From the NCBI GenBank assembly GCA_016930515.1, contig JAFGGO010000096.1, forward strand, positions 1 through 24,251: 24,251 nucleotides of DNA. The letters run 5' to 3'. The translations under genes were made by a program, and so were the position numbers. Source of the stretch: Promethearchaeota archaeon. Its GTDB lineage: Archaea > Asgardarchaeota > Lokiarchaeia > Sigyniarchaeales > SOKP01. This document shows positions 1-8,422 of this stretch, in pieces. Position 1 is the first letter of the stretch. The number at the start of each line of letters is the position of its first letter. The notes below the pieces were generated by a model. That model saw only the letters and a program-made list of their open reading frames with translations, was not told the origin of the DNA and did no database searches.

Positions 1-121
1 AGTTTTTTATATTATAATAAAATAATAATCATTAGATTTAATTCAAAACATAAACTTAAATTTCCACGTTATTTATTTATATTAAAATTAAAAAGTGACC
101 TACACTACAAGTCTGATTATC

Positions 122-505
122 ATGTCTGATTTAACCGCAGAAGAAGCACAAAGCTTGTCAAATTTCTTGGGAAACATAACGGAGCACACGGAATTAGAAG
201 CACTTGCTTTAATCACCAGAGAAGGTCTGAAACTCGCGTTCTCTTCGATCCCTACATACGATGTAAATGCAGATTTGTTTTCTAGCATGAGCGCGGTGGT
301 ATTGCAGAGTGCTTCCGAAGCAATTGCTTCTTTGGGATACCATCAGATGCTTGAAGTAGTATTGCGTGGCTCAGATGCATTTATTATATTAAGTGCCGCA
401 GGCAGATTTTTCCTAATGGGTGCCTGTCGAAAGCTAGAAGATTTGGGAAAAGTCGTTACCGTATTCAGGTATTACGCAGGTGAAATAGCCAAGCGATATC
501 CTTGA
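122..505 (+). CDS. Roadblock/LC7 (MglB/LAMTOR-like) domain protein
   Basis: About 127 aa with the Roadblock pattern: helix, ALALITREGLKLA strand pair, DLFSSMSAVVL helix, EVVLRGSDAFIIL, LGKV. ATG at 122 is preferred over the GTG at 95 in the ORF track. Confidence 0.85.
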   Translation: MSDLTAEEAQSLSNFLGNITEHTELEALALITREGLKLAFSSIPTYDVNADLFSSMSAVVLQSASEAIASLGYHQMLEVVLRGSDAFIILSAAGRFFLMGACRKLEDLGKVVTVFRYYAGEIAKRYP

Positions 506-578
506 AATTCTTTTTACTTTTAATTTTAAATCAATGACGGTTGTTTTATGTTATCTAAATTTAAAAAAATGATATCAA

Positions 579-2870
579 ATGACCGAAATTAAAATCTTTG
601 TAGATGTTGACGAGAAAACCTCTGGAAGATTAGTAATTTGTCCAGAAAATATTAGAAAATTAGGTTTAAAAAACGGAGATACCGTTGAAATCGTTAACCA
701 AGAAAATAAAAAAAAGACAACTGCAGTAATTCAAGAATCTGACCTCATTTTAGATTTTGCAGGTCAATTTTCCAAGAATATCCTGGTTGCGGTAGATTTT
801 GATGGAGTGGAACTAACCGTTAAACCATTAGCAGGTGTTGCTCAACTTACAACTCCTTTGCCTAAAAAAGCAAAGAAAGTAAAATCTAAGAAATCGGCCG
901 GAAAAGCCCCCTCAGCACCAGTTTTTCAACCTCCTCCTAAACCCCAACCAGCACCTCTAAACGAGCCAATACCTATTCCATCTCCGCTTCAACCCACCTC
1001 ACCTTTACCAGCACCCGCCCCAAAATTCAAACCAACCCCTGTACCTCAGTTTCAACCATCTACAACCTCCATCCCCCCTGAACCGAGGCAATCTCAATTT
1101 ACAACACCAGTTCCTCAATTTAAGCCCGCACCTACTCAGTATCAAGCACCTGCGCCTATACCACCTCCTGCACCTACTCAGTATCAAGCACCTGCACCTA
1201 CACCACCTCCTGCACCTACTCAGTATCAAGCACCTGCGCCCGTACAATTTCAGCCTCCCCCATCAATACCCCCCGCACCAACTCGACCTCAATCGGTACC
1301 TCAAGCTACTTCAGCTGGAGCATACGCAACTCCTATAGATATTAACATGTTAAAACAACAGAAAAATGGCATTATCCTCAATCCCGTAGTGGATCCCTCA
1401 TTGCGAGGTGGAAGAGTTCAAATAAATCCTTCCGTACTACAATCTTTAGGTTTAGCTCAAGATATGCTAATAGCGTGGGAAGATCCTTCTACTAGAGCGA
1501 AAGGTTCGGCAAGAGTAGACGCTGTGGCGATAAATATGTCGGAGATAAGGATGAGTATAGACACAAAACAAGATACAAACATTCAATCACCTCAGATCGT
1601 TGTGTATTCAACTGAAACTTCTTTACAAAAAGCATCTCAAGTTACCTTAGAAGTTCGTTCGCAACCTAACCTCATGGGGTATTGTCAAGTAGGTCCAAAT
1701 GTTCAATATACACTATCGCTTCAACAAAATGATGTACTTCAATTCTCTGACGATCTTACAGGTGCAACCGGAGCGTGTAGGGTACAAATTATCGATTCAA
1801 TTCAGGGTAATATAATAGTAATCGATAGCGAAATTTTAGAAGCTTCTGGAATCGGTAGTTTTGAAGTTGGTGTTTCCAAAAACCAAAGGCAGATAATACC
1901 ATTGCAAAGCGTCTCATTAGGTTTGACCCCCATTTCGGGAGAAAATATGTGGCAAATAATTAGTATAGCGAGAACTAATATCGAGCCGCTTAAAGCGTGG
2001 TTGCAAAGACACATAATTTTCAAGGGCATAAAACTACGATGGAAAGAAGCGAATGTAGCCTGTTCAATAGTAAGTTGCGTGCCAGATTTAACAGGTGATG
2101 TTTTAGCACAAATTACACCAAATACAACTTTAGAGTTAGCACCAGTTGGTTTGATACCTTTTAACGCAATATTAATATTAGATATAAGTCGTTCCATGAT
2201 GGCAAGAGATGTATTGGTTTCGAATATCGCCCCAGCAATCGAGGGAATTAAAGCAGCAATGGAATCTCGAGAAGTTCAAGAATTTCTAGTCCATTTTAAA
2301 GAAGGAGTGAACATTCCAAGGAGAATCTCTGCAGCTTTTGCAGCCGTTTTATTCTTAAGCGAAAAAGTCGGAAGAGGATTTGGAGAAAAGGTTAGTGTAA
2401 TACGTTTTGCTGATGAAGCACAAGTTTTATCGTTTGGTAACAATTTTTTCATGGATTCTGCCTCTGGAAAGAAAGGTATTCTCGAAGAAGCTGCCCGTGT
2501 TGTCGTTGATCGAATTGGAAATGCATACGGACAAGCAACAAATATGGGTCAAGCAATGGTAGCTGCGCGTCAAATCCTTGGAGAATTTGATAAAATGAAT
2601 CCAAACCAACCTACCATGATTGTACTACTTACTGACGGCGTTCCAACGGACGGAGATGCCTTTTTCAACGAAATTAGAAAGTTTTCCGCAAATCCGAATG
2701 TCGTCATATATGTGATTGGATTGGGAAACCCTGACGATGATTTAATGACTCGGGCCGCAGCATTATGTGGAGGCGAGTATTACAAACCAGAAAACGCGGG
2801 AGATTTATTAATTTGGTATTCAAAACGTGCAAGAGATCTCACTGTTAAACTTAAAGCACATGGCCAATAA
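579..2870 (+). CDS. Cdc48/p97 N-domain-like (three double-psi beta-barrel repeats plus N2 subdomain), Pro-rich linker, C-terminal vWA domain
   Basis: The vWA has a complete MIDAS (LILD535ISRS, T654, LLTD686G) and ends VIYVIGLG...AALCGGEYY. The N-terminus GRLVICPENIRKLGLKNGDTVEI matches the CDC48_N pattern, with two more internal copies (GRVQINPSVLQSLGL; GYCQVGPNVQYTLSL). A CDC48_2-like segment (LKAWLQRHIIFKG...SIVSCVP...AQITPNTTLEL) precedes the vWA. Confidence 0.75.
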   Translation: MTEIKIFVDVDEKTSGRLVICPENIRKLGLKNGDTVEIVNQENKKKTTAVIQESDLILDFAGQFSKNILVAVDFDGVELTVKPLAGVAQLTTPLPKKAKKVKSKKSAGKAPSAPVFQPPPKPQPAPLNEPIPIPSPLQPTSPLPAPAPKFKPTPVPQFQPSTTSIPPEPRQSQFTTPVPQFKPAPTQYQAPAPIPPPAPTQYQAPAPTPPPAPTQYQAPAPVQFQPPPSIPPAPTRPQSVPQATSAGAYATPIDINMLKQQKNGIILNPVVDPSLRGGRVQINPSVLQSLGLAQDMLIAWEDPSTRAKGSARVDAVAINMSEIRMSIDTKQDTNIQSPQIVVYSTETSLQKASQVTLEVRSQPNLMGYCQVGPNVQYTLSLQQNDVLQFSDDLTGATGACRVQIIDSIQGNIIVIDSEILEASGIGSFEVGVSKNQRQIIPLQSVSLGLTPISGENMWQIISIARTNIEPLKAWLQRHIIFKGIKLRWKEANVACSIVSCVPDLTGDVLAQITPNTTLELAPVGLIPFNAILILDISRSMMARDVLVSNIAPAIEGIKAAMESREVQEFLVHFKEGVNIPRRISAAFAAVLFLSEKVGRGFGEKVSVIRFADEAQVLSFGNNFFMDSASGKKGILEEAARVVVDRIGNAYGQATNMGQAMVAARQILGEFDKMNPNQPTMIVLLTDGVPTDGDAFFNEIRKFSANPNVVIYVIGLGNPDDDLMTRAAALCGGEYYKPENAGDLLIWYSKRARDLTVKLKAHGQ
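1128..1240 (+). repeat. 42-bp in-frame tandem repeat, about 2.7 copies, encoding APTQYQAPAP(I/T)PPP
   Basis: Units begin at 1128, 1170 and 1212 (gcacctactcagtatcaagcacctgc...) and are near-identical at DNA level. Confidence 0.95.
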
Positions 2871-2888
2871 TCAACAAACCTCATTAAC

Positions 2889-2918
2889 AATTTATTTCTT
2901 AGTTTTCTTTCTTTTTTT
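2889..2918 (+). terminator. Oligo-T tract, putative archaeal intrinsic terminator
   Basis: T-rich run (tttatttcttagttttctttcttttttt) about 20 nt after the stop of the vWA gene. Confidence 0.45.
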
Positions 2919-2967
2919 ACCCATTTAGAAAACCCAATTAAAAATCTTAAGAGATTTTCAATAAACA

Positions 2968-2975
2968 TTTATATT
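2968..2975 (+). promoter_or_regulatory. Putative TATA box for a leaderless AbrB-ACT transcript
   Basis: TTTATATT begins 29 nt upstream of the ATG at 2997, which is typical archaeal leaderless spacing. Confidence 0.5.
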
Positions 2976-2996
2976 ATGATGTAAAAAATGTATCAT

Positions 2997-3404
2997 ATGA
3001 AGGAAGTAAGAATACTGACTTTAGATACGAGGGGTCGCATCGTCATACCTCAAATTATCCGAAAAAGCCTTGGTATCACGACAAACTCGCAATTAATGCT
3101 AGTGGCAGATTCCGACTCGAAAGAGATAAAAATTACCCCGATAGGAATGGACGATAAAAGTCAATATTTCAAATATAGAATTACCATGAAAGACGAGGCG
3201 GGTGCCTTGGGAAAGATTGCAACCACATTAGGTAAACTTGGAATTTCTCTTGTTTTCGGTGAATCCGTAATTGCTGAGAAGGACAAGGCAGCAATTTGGA
3301 CGGTTATTGGACCTAAACCCCCCCAAATGGATCTCGAAAAGCTCGACGAAATATTGCGAGAAGAAGGGAACGCGTTGCATACTGAAATAACGCCATTAGA
3401 GTGA
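2997..3404 (+). CDS. AbrB/MazE/SpoVT-family DNA-binding domain fused to an ACT domain
   Basis: N-terminal TLDTRGRIVIPQIIRKSLGI (swapped-hairpin signature). C-terminal ITMKDEAGALGKIATTLGKLGISL (ACT signature). Start 2997 is supported by TATA spacing; 2988 is the alternative. Confidence 0.85.
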   Translation: MKEVRILTLDTRGRIVIPQIIRKSLGITTNSQLMLVADSDSKEIKITPIGMDDKSQYFKYRITMKDEAGALGKIATTLGKLGISLVFGESVIAEKDKAAIWTVIGPKPPQMDLEKLDEILREEGNALHTEITPLE

Positions 3405-3540
3405 TCTTAGATAGAGAGAGATATTACTCATTTTCCCGATATTTTCTATTGATAAATTTTAAAATAGATTTATAAACTAATTGTACTATTAAAATATTAA
3501 GTTTTGTTATTTAACAGATAGATAAAAAACAATTTCTCTC

Positions 3541-4491
3541 ATGGCTAAAAAAAAGAAGAAGGATAAGAAAAAGAAAGAAAAAAAGCTACAAGAAGAAGAA
3601 TCTGCGTCTGATGACGAGGCAAGCGAAGCTCAATCACTTCCAACCATTCAATTGGATAAGGCATTGCTTGAACAAATGGAGGAATCAGAAGAGATTGATG
3701 TCGCCTTAGAAAGTGCTAAAGAGACTCAAGAAGATCTGCAAGGACTCTTATCGAATATTTCCAAAGGTGATGGTTTCTTTCGTAGCCAAATCAAGGTTGA
3801 AATAAAAGAAGAGCAAGTTAAACCTCAATTATCATACAATCGACAAGAAAGCAATTTAGTAAACGATTTTTTAATTGAGGACGTTCCATTGACCGAACGA
3901 AAAATTAGCCGCTCTGAAATTAAAAATAGGACTCGTTTAGTAGACAGTTCGATTGAAAAAAAACCTCTATATGAACCACCACCTAAACCACCTGTAAAAA
4001 TTGGCATTCCAAAGGCAGTTCCCGCCAAGGAGCCTCCTCTTGATGGGGTAAGTGAAGAAAATAATGAGGTTTTAGAAGATGTCGAAGAACAAATGGAACC
4101 AAAACCAATTATTGAAGAAGTCCAGAAACCTATAAAGGAGAACATTTATCCAAAATTAGAAGCGTTTTTCACCGAACTTATCGAGGGATACGGTTCCCGT
4201 TATAAAATATGGGAAGATTCTATTTCGAGCGTGTTGTCTGTTTTACGAAAAATGAGAAAGGTCACCAAGACGAATACCGAGGATTTAGTAAAATCAATCA
4301 ACCAATCCTACGAGAAAATCCAAAAAGGTTTGTCGCAATTCGCAATAAAAAGAACTGAAATTGAAAAGATCGCAGAAATTGACATTGAATCTCTCTCCAA
4401 GCAATTTAAAAAGGTCTTAGGCATGTTAGAACTCCAAGTAAAAGAGTATCAACTAAAAAGACTCGCTGATGAATACATTCACGAACTGTAA
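3541..4491 (+). CDS. Hypothetical protein: poly-Lys N-terminus, acidic/Pro-containing disordered middle, C-terminal helical/coiled-coil domain
   Basis: 316-aa ORF starting MAKKKKKDKKKKEKK, with E/D-rich tracts, YEPPPKPP, and about 115 aa of amphipathic helices at the C-terminus. No family recognised. Confidence 0.7.
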   Translation: MAKKKKKDKKKKEKKLQEEESASDDEASEAQSLPTIQLDKALLEQMEESEEIDVALESAKETQEDLQGLLSNISKGDGFFRSQIKVEIKEEQVKPQLSYNRQESNLVNDFLIEDVPLTERKISRSEIKNRTRLVDSSIEKKPLYEPPPKPPVKIGIPKAVPAKEPPLDGVSEENNEVLEDVEEQMEPKPIIEEVQKPIKENIYPKLEAFFTELIEGYGSRYKIWEDSISSVLSVLRKMRKVTKTNTEDLVKSINQSYEKIQKGLSQFAIKRTEIEKIAEIDIESLSKQFKKVLGMLELQVKEYQLKRLADEYIHEL

Positions 4492-4544
4492 TGCCGCGAT
4501 TGAGATTGTTATTATAAAAACATATCATCATCTTTGGAAAACAC

Positions 4545-5720
4545 ATGTCATCAATAGAAGAATTGAAGAAAGATCCATTAAGGCCTTTAATTTTAGATTT
4601 TGGAACGTCTTCGTTCCGATTAGGTTTTGCAGGAGACGATTTTCCATTGATTATAGCACCTAGCGTTTATGTTAATATTACAGATTATTTGTTTACTTCT
4701 GACGCAATTGAAGGATTGGACGAGATCCTAGTAGGGGGGGAAAGCTCGCAGAATTATCTTTTTGGAGACGAGGCTTTAAAATATAAGAACATTCTTAAAA
4801 TTCGAGAGGTGAGAAAAGAAGATAATTACACCATTATATCTAAATTCTTCGATTACTACTACTCTAAATTAGAAATTGCCCCGGAATATCGTTATAAGCA
4901 ACCAATCGTGTTAATAACTTCTTTTTTGATGACTGAACTCGAAAAATCGAAATTTCAACATTTTTTTTTTAACGAGTTTCATTTTCCCAAGCTCCTTTTT
5001 CTTTCGGAAAGTCAAGCCATCATGGCGCCTTTACAAAAAATTAGCGCCGTTGTTGTAAATATGGGTGAAATGAAAACGTATATAAATTCTTTTCTTCACG
5101 GATTCAATCAAATCATGTCACGGGATGTATATCCCATAGCTGGAAAAGATCTCACGACATTCTTGTTGAATTTGTGTATAACACATAAAAAATCTGGAAA
5201 AAAAAATTATATCGATACTTTAATTGCTCGAGAAATAAAGGATAAAACCTCCACATGCGTTTTAAACGCAAAGGCAGAAGCAAAAAGAATCAGAGAAGGC
5301 GTAAATAAATACGATAAGATCATTAATTTACCAGATGGAAATTCTTTGATGATTAATTCCGAACGTTTCATGCTAGCAGAACCGTTATTTAATCCTAAAT
5401 TAATTCACATGGATTATTTTAGCTTGGCTGAAGCCATTTCTAAAGTAATTAAGACTTGGGCGCGAGAAGATTGGGAAGAGCTCCTCTCAAACATCATTTT
5501 AGCGGGAGGAGGAAGTTTAATTCCTGGATTAAAAGACAGGTTAAAAATAGAACTTAAAAATTTCTTTCCTGACAAGATCACATCAAAAATTAATGTGATC
5601 TCCTTGGCCGGGAGGGAACACATGAGCTGGATCGGCGCTTCGATATTGTATTTAAAAAATCAATTTCAGAAGGGATGGATTGAAAATAGTATTCAAGAAA
5701 ACTCAAACGAAATTAAATGA
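4545..5720 (+). CDS. Divergent actin-related protein (Arp-like, eukaryotic actin family)
   Basis: LILDFGTSSFRLGFAGDDFP matches actin LVxDNGSGMCKAGFAGDDAP. Also FGDEAL, IAGKDLT, AREIKDK, LPDGN..I.SERF.LAEPLFNP, NIILAGGGSLIPGLKDRL and SWIGASIL. Confidence 0.92.
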   Translation: MSSIEELKKDPLRPLILDFGTSSFRLGFAGDDFPLIIAPSVYVNITDYLFTSDAIEGLDEILVGGESSQNYLFGDEALKYKNILKIREVRKEDNYTIISKFFDYYYSKLEIAPEYRYKQPIVLITSFLMTELEKSKFQHFFFNEFHFPKLLFLSESQAIMAPLQKISAVVVNMGEMKTYINSFLHGFNQIMSRDVYPIAGKDLTTFLLNLCITHKKSGKKNYIDTLIAREIKDKTSTCVLNAKAEAKRIREGVNKYDKIINLPDGNSLMINSERFMLAEPLFNPKLIHMDYFSLAEAISKVIKTWAREDWEELLSNIILAGGGSLIPGLKDRLKIELKNFFPDKITSKINVISLAGREHMSWIGASILYLKNQFQKGWIENSIQENSNEIK

Positions 5721-5749
5721 TTTAACTTTTAAAAAAAAGATTGATTAAA

Positions 5750-8251
5750 ATGTCCGAAATTTCAGATATCAAGAAAAAATTCCTTTCCAATTTTCAAAGT
5801 AAGGTTTTACAAGGTCGAAAGCTTTTATCAAGTGCAAATCACGTTTGGGCAGACAAATTGCTCAACGACCTTTATTACGATATAGAAAAAACTGAATGGA
5901 TTGATGTCCAAAAAAAGAAACAGTTGATAATGATCATCGTAAACACATGGCATCTGTACATAAATTCCCTCATAAAAAGAGACGAATCTGGTGTTCATTA
6001 CGATAGAATAAAATACTTGGATGCATATAATCGATTTTTCACATTTTTATCAAGACTCGATGATTTTTACCACTTCAAGATTTTTTTTACAAACCTGCTC
6101 AAATCTTTCATAGAAATGGAAGAACTCTCTCATTCAGGAATTTCAAAATTTATTAATTCTTTTTGCAATAAATTATACGACAGGGAAGAATACCTCGAAC
6201 TTATAGAACTTCAAACATTATTAATGTATTTAAGAAAATCGGTCCTTCCAACAAAATTATTTCTTTTTGGAATGGAATATCTCAATAAGATTGTCCAGAA
6301 ATTAGTCCCAGATAAGAGAGGACTGTTTATTGCTGTCTTTCTGGAAAATGTATGTATAAAATATAATCTCAATACCGAAGGACAGGAATTCGTAAATGAA
6401 ATGAATAAAATATTAGTAAATAGGCTTCCAAACGATTTAAAGAACGAATTTGGAAAGCTTGGAAGAGTCGCAATAAACGAACGAACATTCCCGACAGTTT
6501 TACAAGACCTAACGGATCTCGTGTATTACTTAAACGATATTGGAGAAGATTTATGGATTCTAATAATTATTAGATACATTCAATCAAAAATTGAGATTTT
6601 TCAATCATTTCCCGAAGCGATTAATTACATTAGGCAATTTATCGAGCTTTCAATCAATAGGGGCAGATATAAATTAGCTTTTGAGATTTACGATTTTATT
6701 GAAGATTTATTCATATTAAAGTCGGATTTAGGCTATAGCAACATATTAGTAGAATTATGGGTTGAGGCTTGTAAGAAATTCTTGGAAGTTAAAGAAAGAA
6801 CATATTTACTCCAATCGCTTACGAAACTCGGAATGAATCTTAAAATCCCTAGGACAAATGCTCAAATCCTCCACTTTTTTCACACATGTAACTATCTATG
6901 GATGTTTAAATCGTTGTTCTACTCCATCGAAAAACAGGATTTTTGGAGGATGATGTTTTATAGAGCTCTGTTTGAAGAAGGAAACGTGAATTTAGCTTCC
7001 AAAATATTGCCCTACCTAGATGCTAATTTAAAACCCTTATTGACTGATTTAATAGCATTAAAAGAAGATTCGATTTCTTTAAAAGAGCAATTATATTCTC
7101 TTGATAATGGAGAGGATATTTTTAAGGAAGAACAATCCTTAAAGAAATGCATAATTCGAATAGGTTCTGATGGATCTATATCATATAGGATTGAAACAAT
7201 TAACAACTCCATTTTGGATGGAAATGTGTCTCAAGAGCATTGGAACGATTCTATGATGTTAGAGATATATTTAGACCTTTTTTCTTTTAATTCTACTAAA
7301 AAATATCAATTTAGTTTTAACGATCTCGGATCTCTTTTTTACTTATTTTTACCCAAGAAAGTTAAACAAATCATTTCAACTATTGAACAGTCTGCGAATA
7401 ATGCCTCTCCTCAATTATATATAATATTAAAAAAAATAACGATACCTTTTGAGATTGTTCAAGGAAATAAACACCTAGCAATACTAGTCCCGATCTCGTA
7501 TAAAGTAGGAAAATCTAAAATTGAAGGTGTTTCTCTTGAAAGCAATACAAGGTCTGAGTCTCCTAGTGATTTGAAAAATGTATTGATCATCGAATCTACT
7601 AATTCTATTCATCCTACGAAATGGAGCGAGAAGAACCAGAAAAAAGAACTTTTATTTCCTTTTTTAGGAGGAAAAAATCAGCTTTCACACGCATCAGCGT
7701 TCTTTAATTCAATCAATAAAATTGGATCCATTACTCTTATCTCAGAAGATCAAGCATCCAGGGAAAGAATAATTACTGAAATTTCTCAAGGAAACCACGA
7801 TATCATCCATTTTATTGGAAATATTTTCTTTTCAAAAGCCAGCCCTCAAGACAGTTATATTCTAACTCAAGATAAAAATATTGTTAAATTCAAGGAATTA
7901 TTCAACGAAATAAAAACTAAAAAAAAATTGCCATTCCTCTTTTTTGATGCTCAAATTTACGATTCTGATGCGAATTTGATTGAAAATACCAGAAATCAAT
8001 TTGGAGATATTTTATCAGAATTTGATATCAATTTGGTTATGGGGATAATTACAAGAAATTATCCAACATTTGACAGTAATGCAAACCAAATCATTGAAGA
8101 TTTTTATATCAATCTGCTTGGGAACGAATCTTTAGGTGACGCCATTATTAACGCAATCAAGTCTAAATATCAAGAAAACATCATTGATTACGAATTGGGT
8201 GCAAAAATAACTTTATTTACGATCTTTGGTTCTCCTTGGAATAAATTATAA
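5750..8251 (+). CDS. Helical (TPR/solenoid-like) N-terminus plus C-terminal CHAT (caspase/separase-like, clan CD) domain, predicted catalytically inactive
   Basis: CHAT landmarks appear in order: LGSLFYLFLP, IPFEIV (consensus LPWELL), NVLII, HDIIHFIGN (consensus DILHFAGHG), FLFFDAQ (consensus LVxLNAC), FYINLL.NESLGDAI, FTIFGSP (consensus FVLYGDP). The N-terminal ~450 aa look all-helical. ATG at 5750 is preferred over the TTG at 5741. Confidence 0.7.
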   Translation: MSEISDIKKKFLSNFQSKVLQGRKLLSSANHVWADKLLNDLYYDIEKTEWIDVQKKKQLIMIIVNTWHLYINSLIKRDESGVHYDRIKYLDAYNRFFTFLSRLDDFYHFKIFFTNLLKSFIEMEELSHSGISKFINSFCNKLYDREEYLELIELQTLLMYLRKSVLPTKLFLFGMEYLNKIVQKLVPDKRGLFIAVFLENVCIKYNLNTEGQEFVNEMNKILVNRLPNDLKNEFGKLGRVAINERTFPTVLQDLTDLVYYLNDIGEDLWILIIIRYIQSKIEIFQSFPEAINYIRQFIELSINRGRYKLAFEIYDFIEDLFILKSDLGYSNILVELWVEACKKFLEVKERTYLLQSLTKLGMNLKIPRTNAQILHFFHTCNYLWMFKSLFYSIEKQDFWRMMFYRALFEEGNVNLASKILPYLDANLKPLLTDLIALKEDSISLKEQLYSLDNGEDIFKEEQSLKKCIIRIGSDGSISYRIETINNSILDGNVSQEHWNDSMMLEIYLDLFSFNSTKKYQFSFNDLGSLFYLFLPKKVKQIISTIEQSANNASPQLYIILKKITIPFEIVQGNKHLAILVPISYKVGKSKIEGVSLESNTRSESPSDLKNVLIIESTNSIHPTKWSEKNQKKELLFPFLGGKNQLSHASAFFNSINKIGSITLISEDQASRERIITEISQGNHDIIHFIGNIFFSKASPQDSYILTQDKNIVKFKELFNEIKTKKKLPFLFFDAQIYDSDANLIENTRNQFGDILSEFDINLVMGIITRNYPTFDSNANQIIEDFYINLLGNESLGDAIINAIKSKYQENIIDYELGAKITLFTIFGSPWNKL

Positions 8252-8422
8252 AATAATATTTTTAACAAATATGTTAATCTAATTGACTACTTTATCTGTT
8301 TTATTTGTTAATGAAATGCATATGGATTCGACATGCAAAATCATTTATATGAATTTCTTTTTTATAATATTTAAAATAATTTCTAAGAGCGATAATAAAT
8401 AATTAATATTGGTGTGTTTATT

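Noticed and set aside
1128-1240. CRISPR-like array
   Set aside because: Head-to-tail in-frame coding repeats with no unique spacers; no cas genes in the window.
579-2870. Sec23/Sec24 homologue (Pro-rich region plus vWA)
   Set aside because: No zinc finger, beta-sandwich, helical or gelsolin domains; the vWA is C-terminal and has an intact MIDAS.
579-2870. Cdc48/VAT ATPase
   Set aside because: N-domain similarity only; no Walker A/B or second region of homology.
4545-5720. MreB/FtsA/ParM-type or canonical Lokiactin
   Set aside because: Motifs (GFAGDD, LPDG, ERF..E.LF.P, WIGASIL) are of the eukaryotic actin family but too divergent for a canonical actin.
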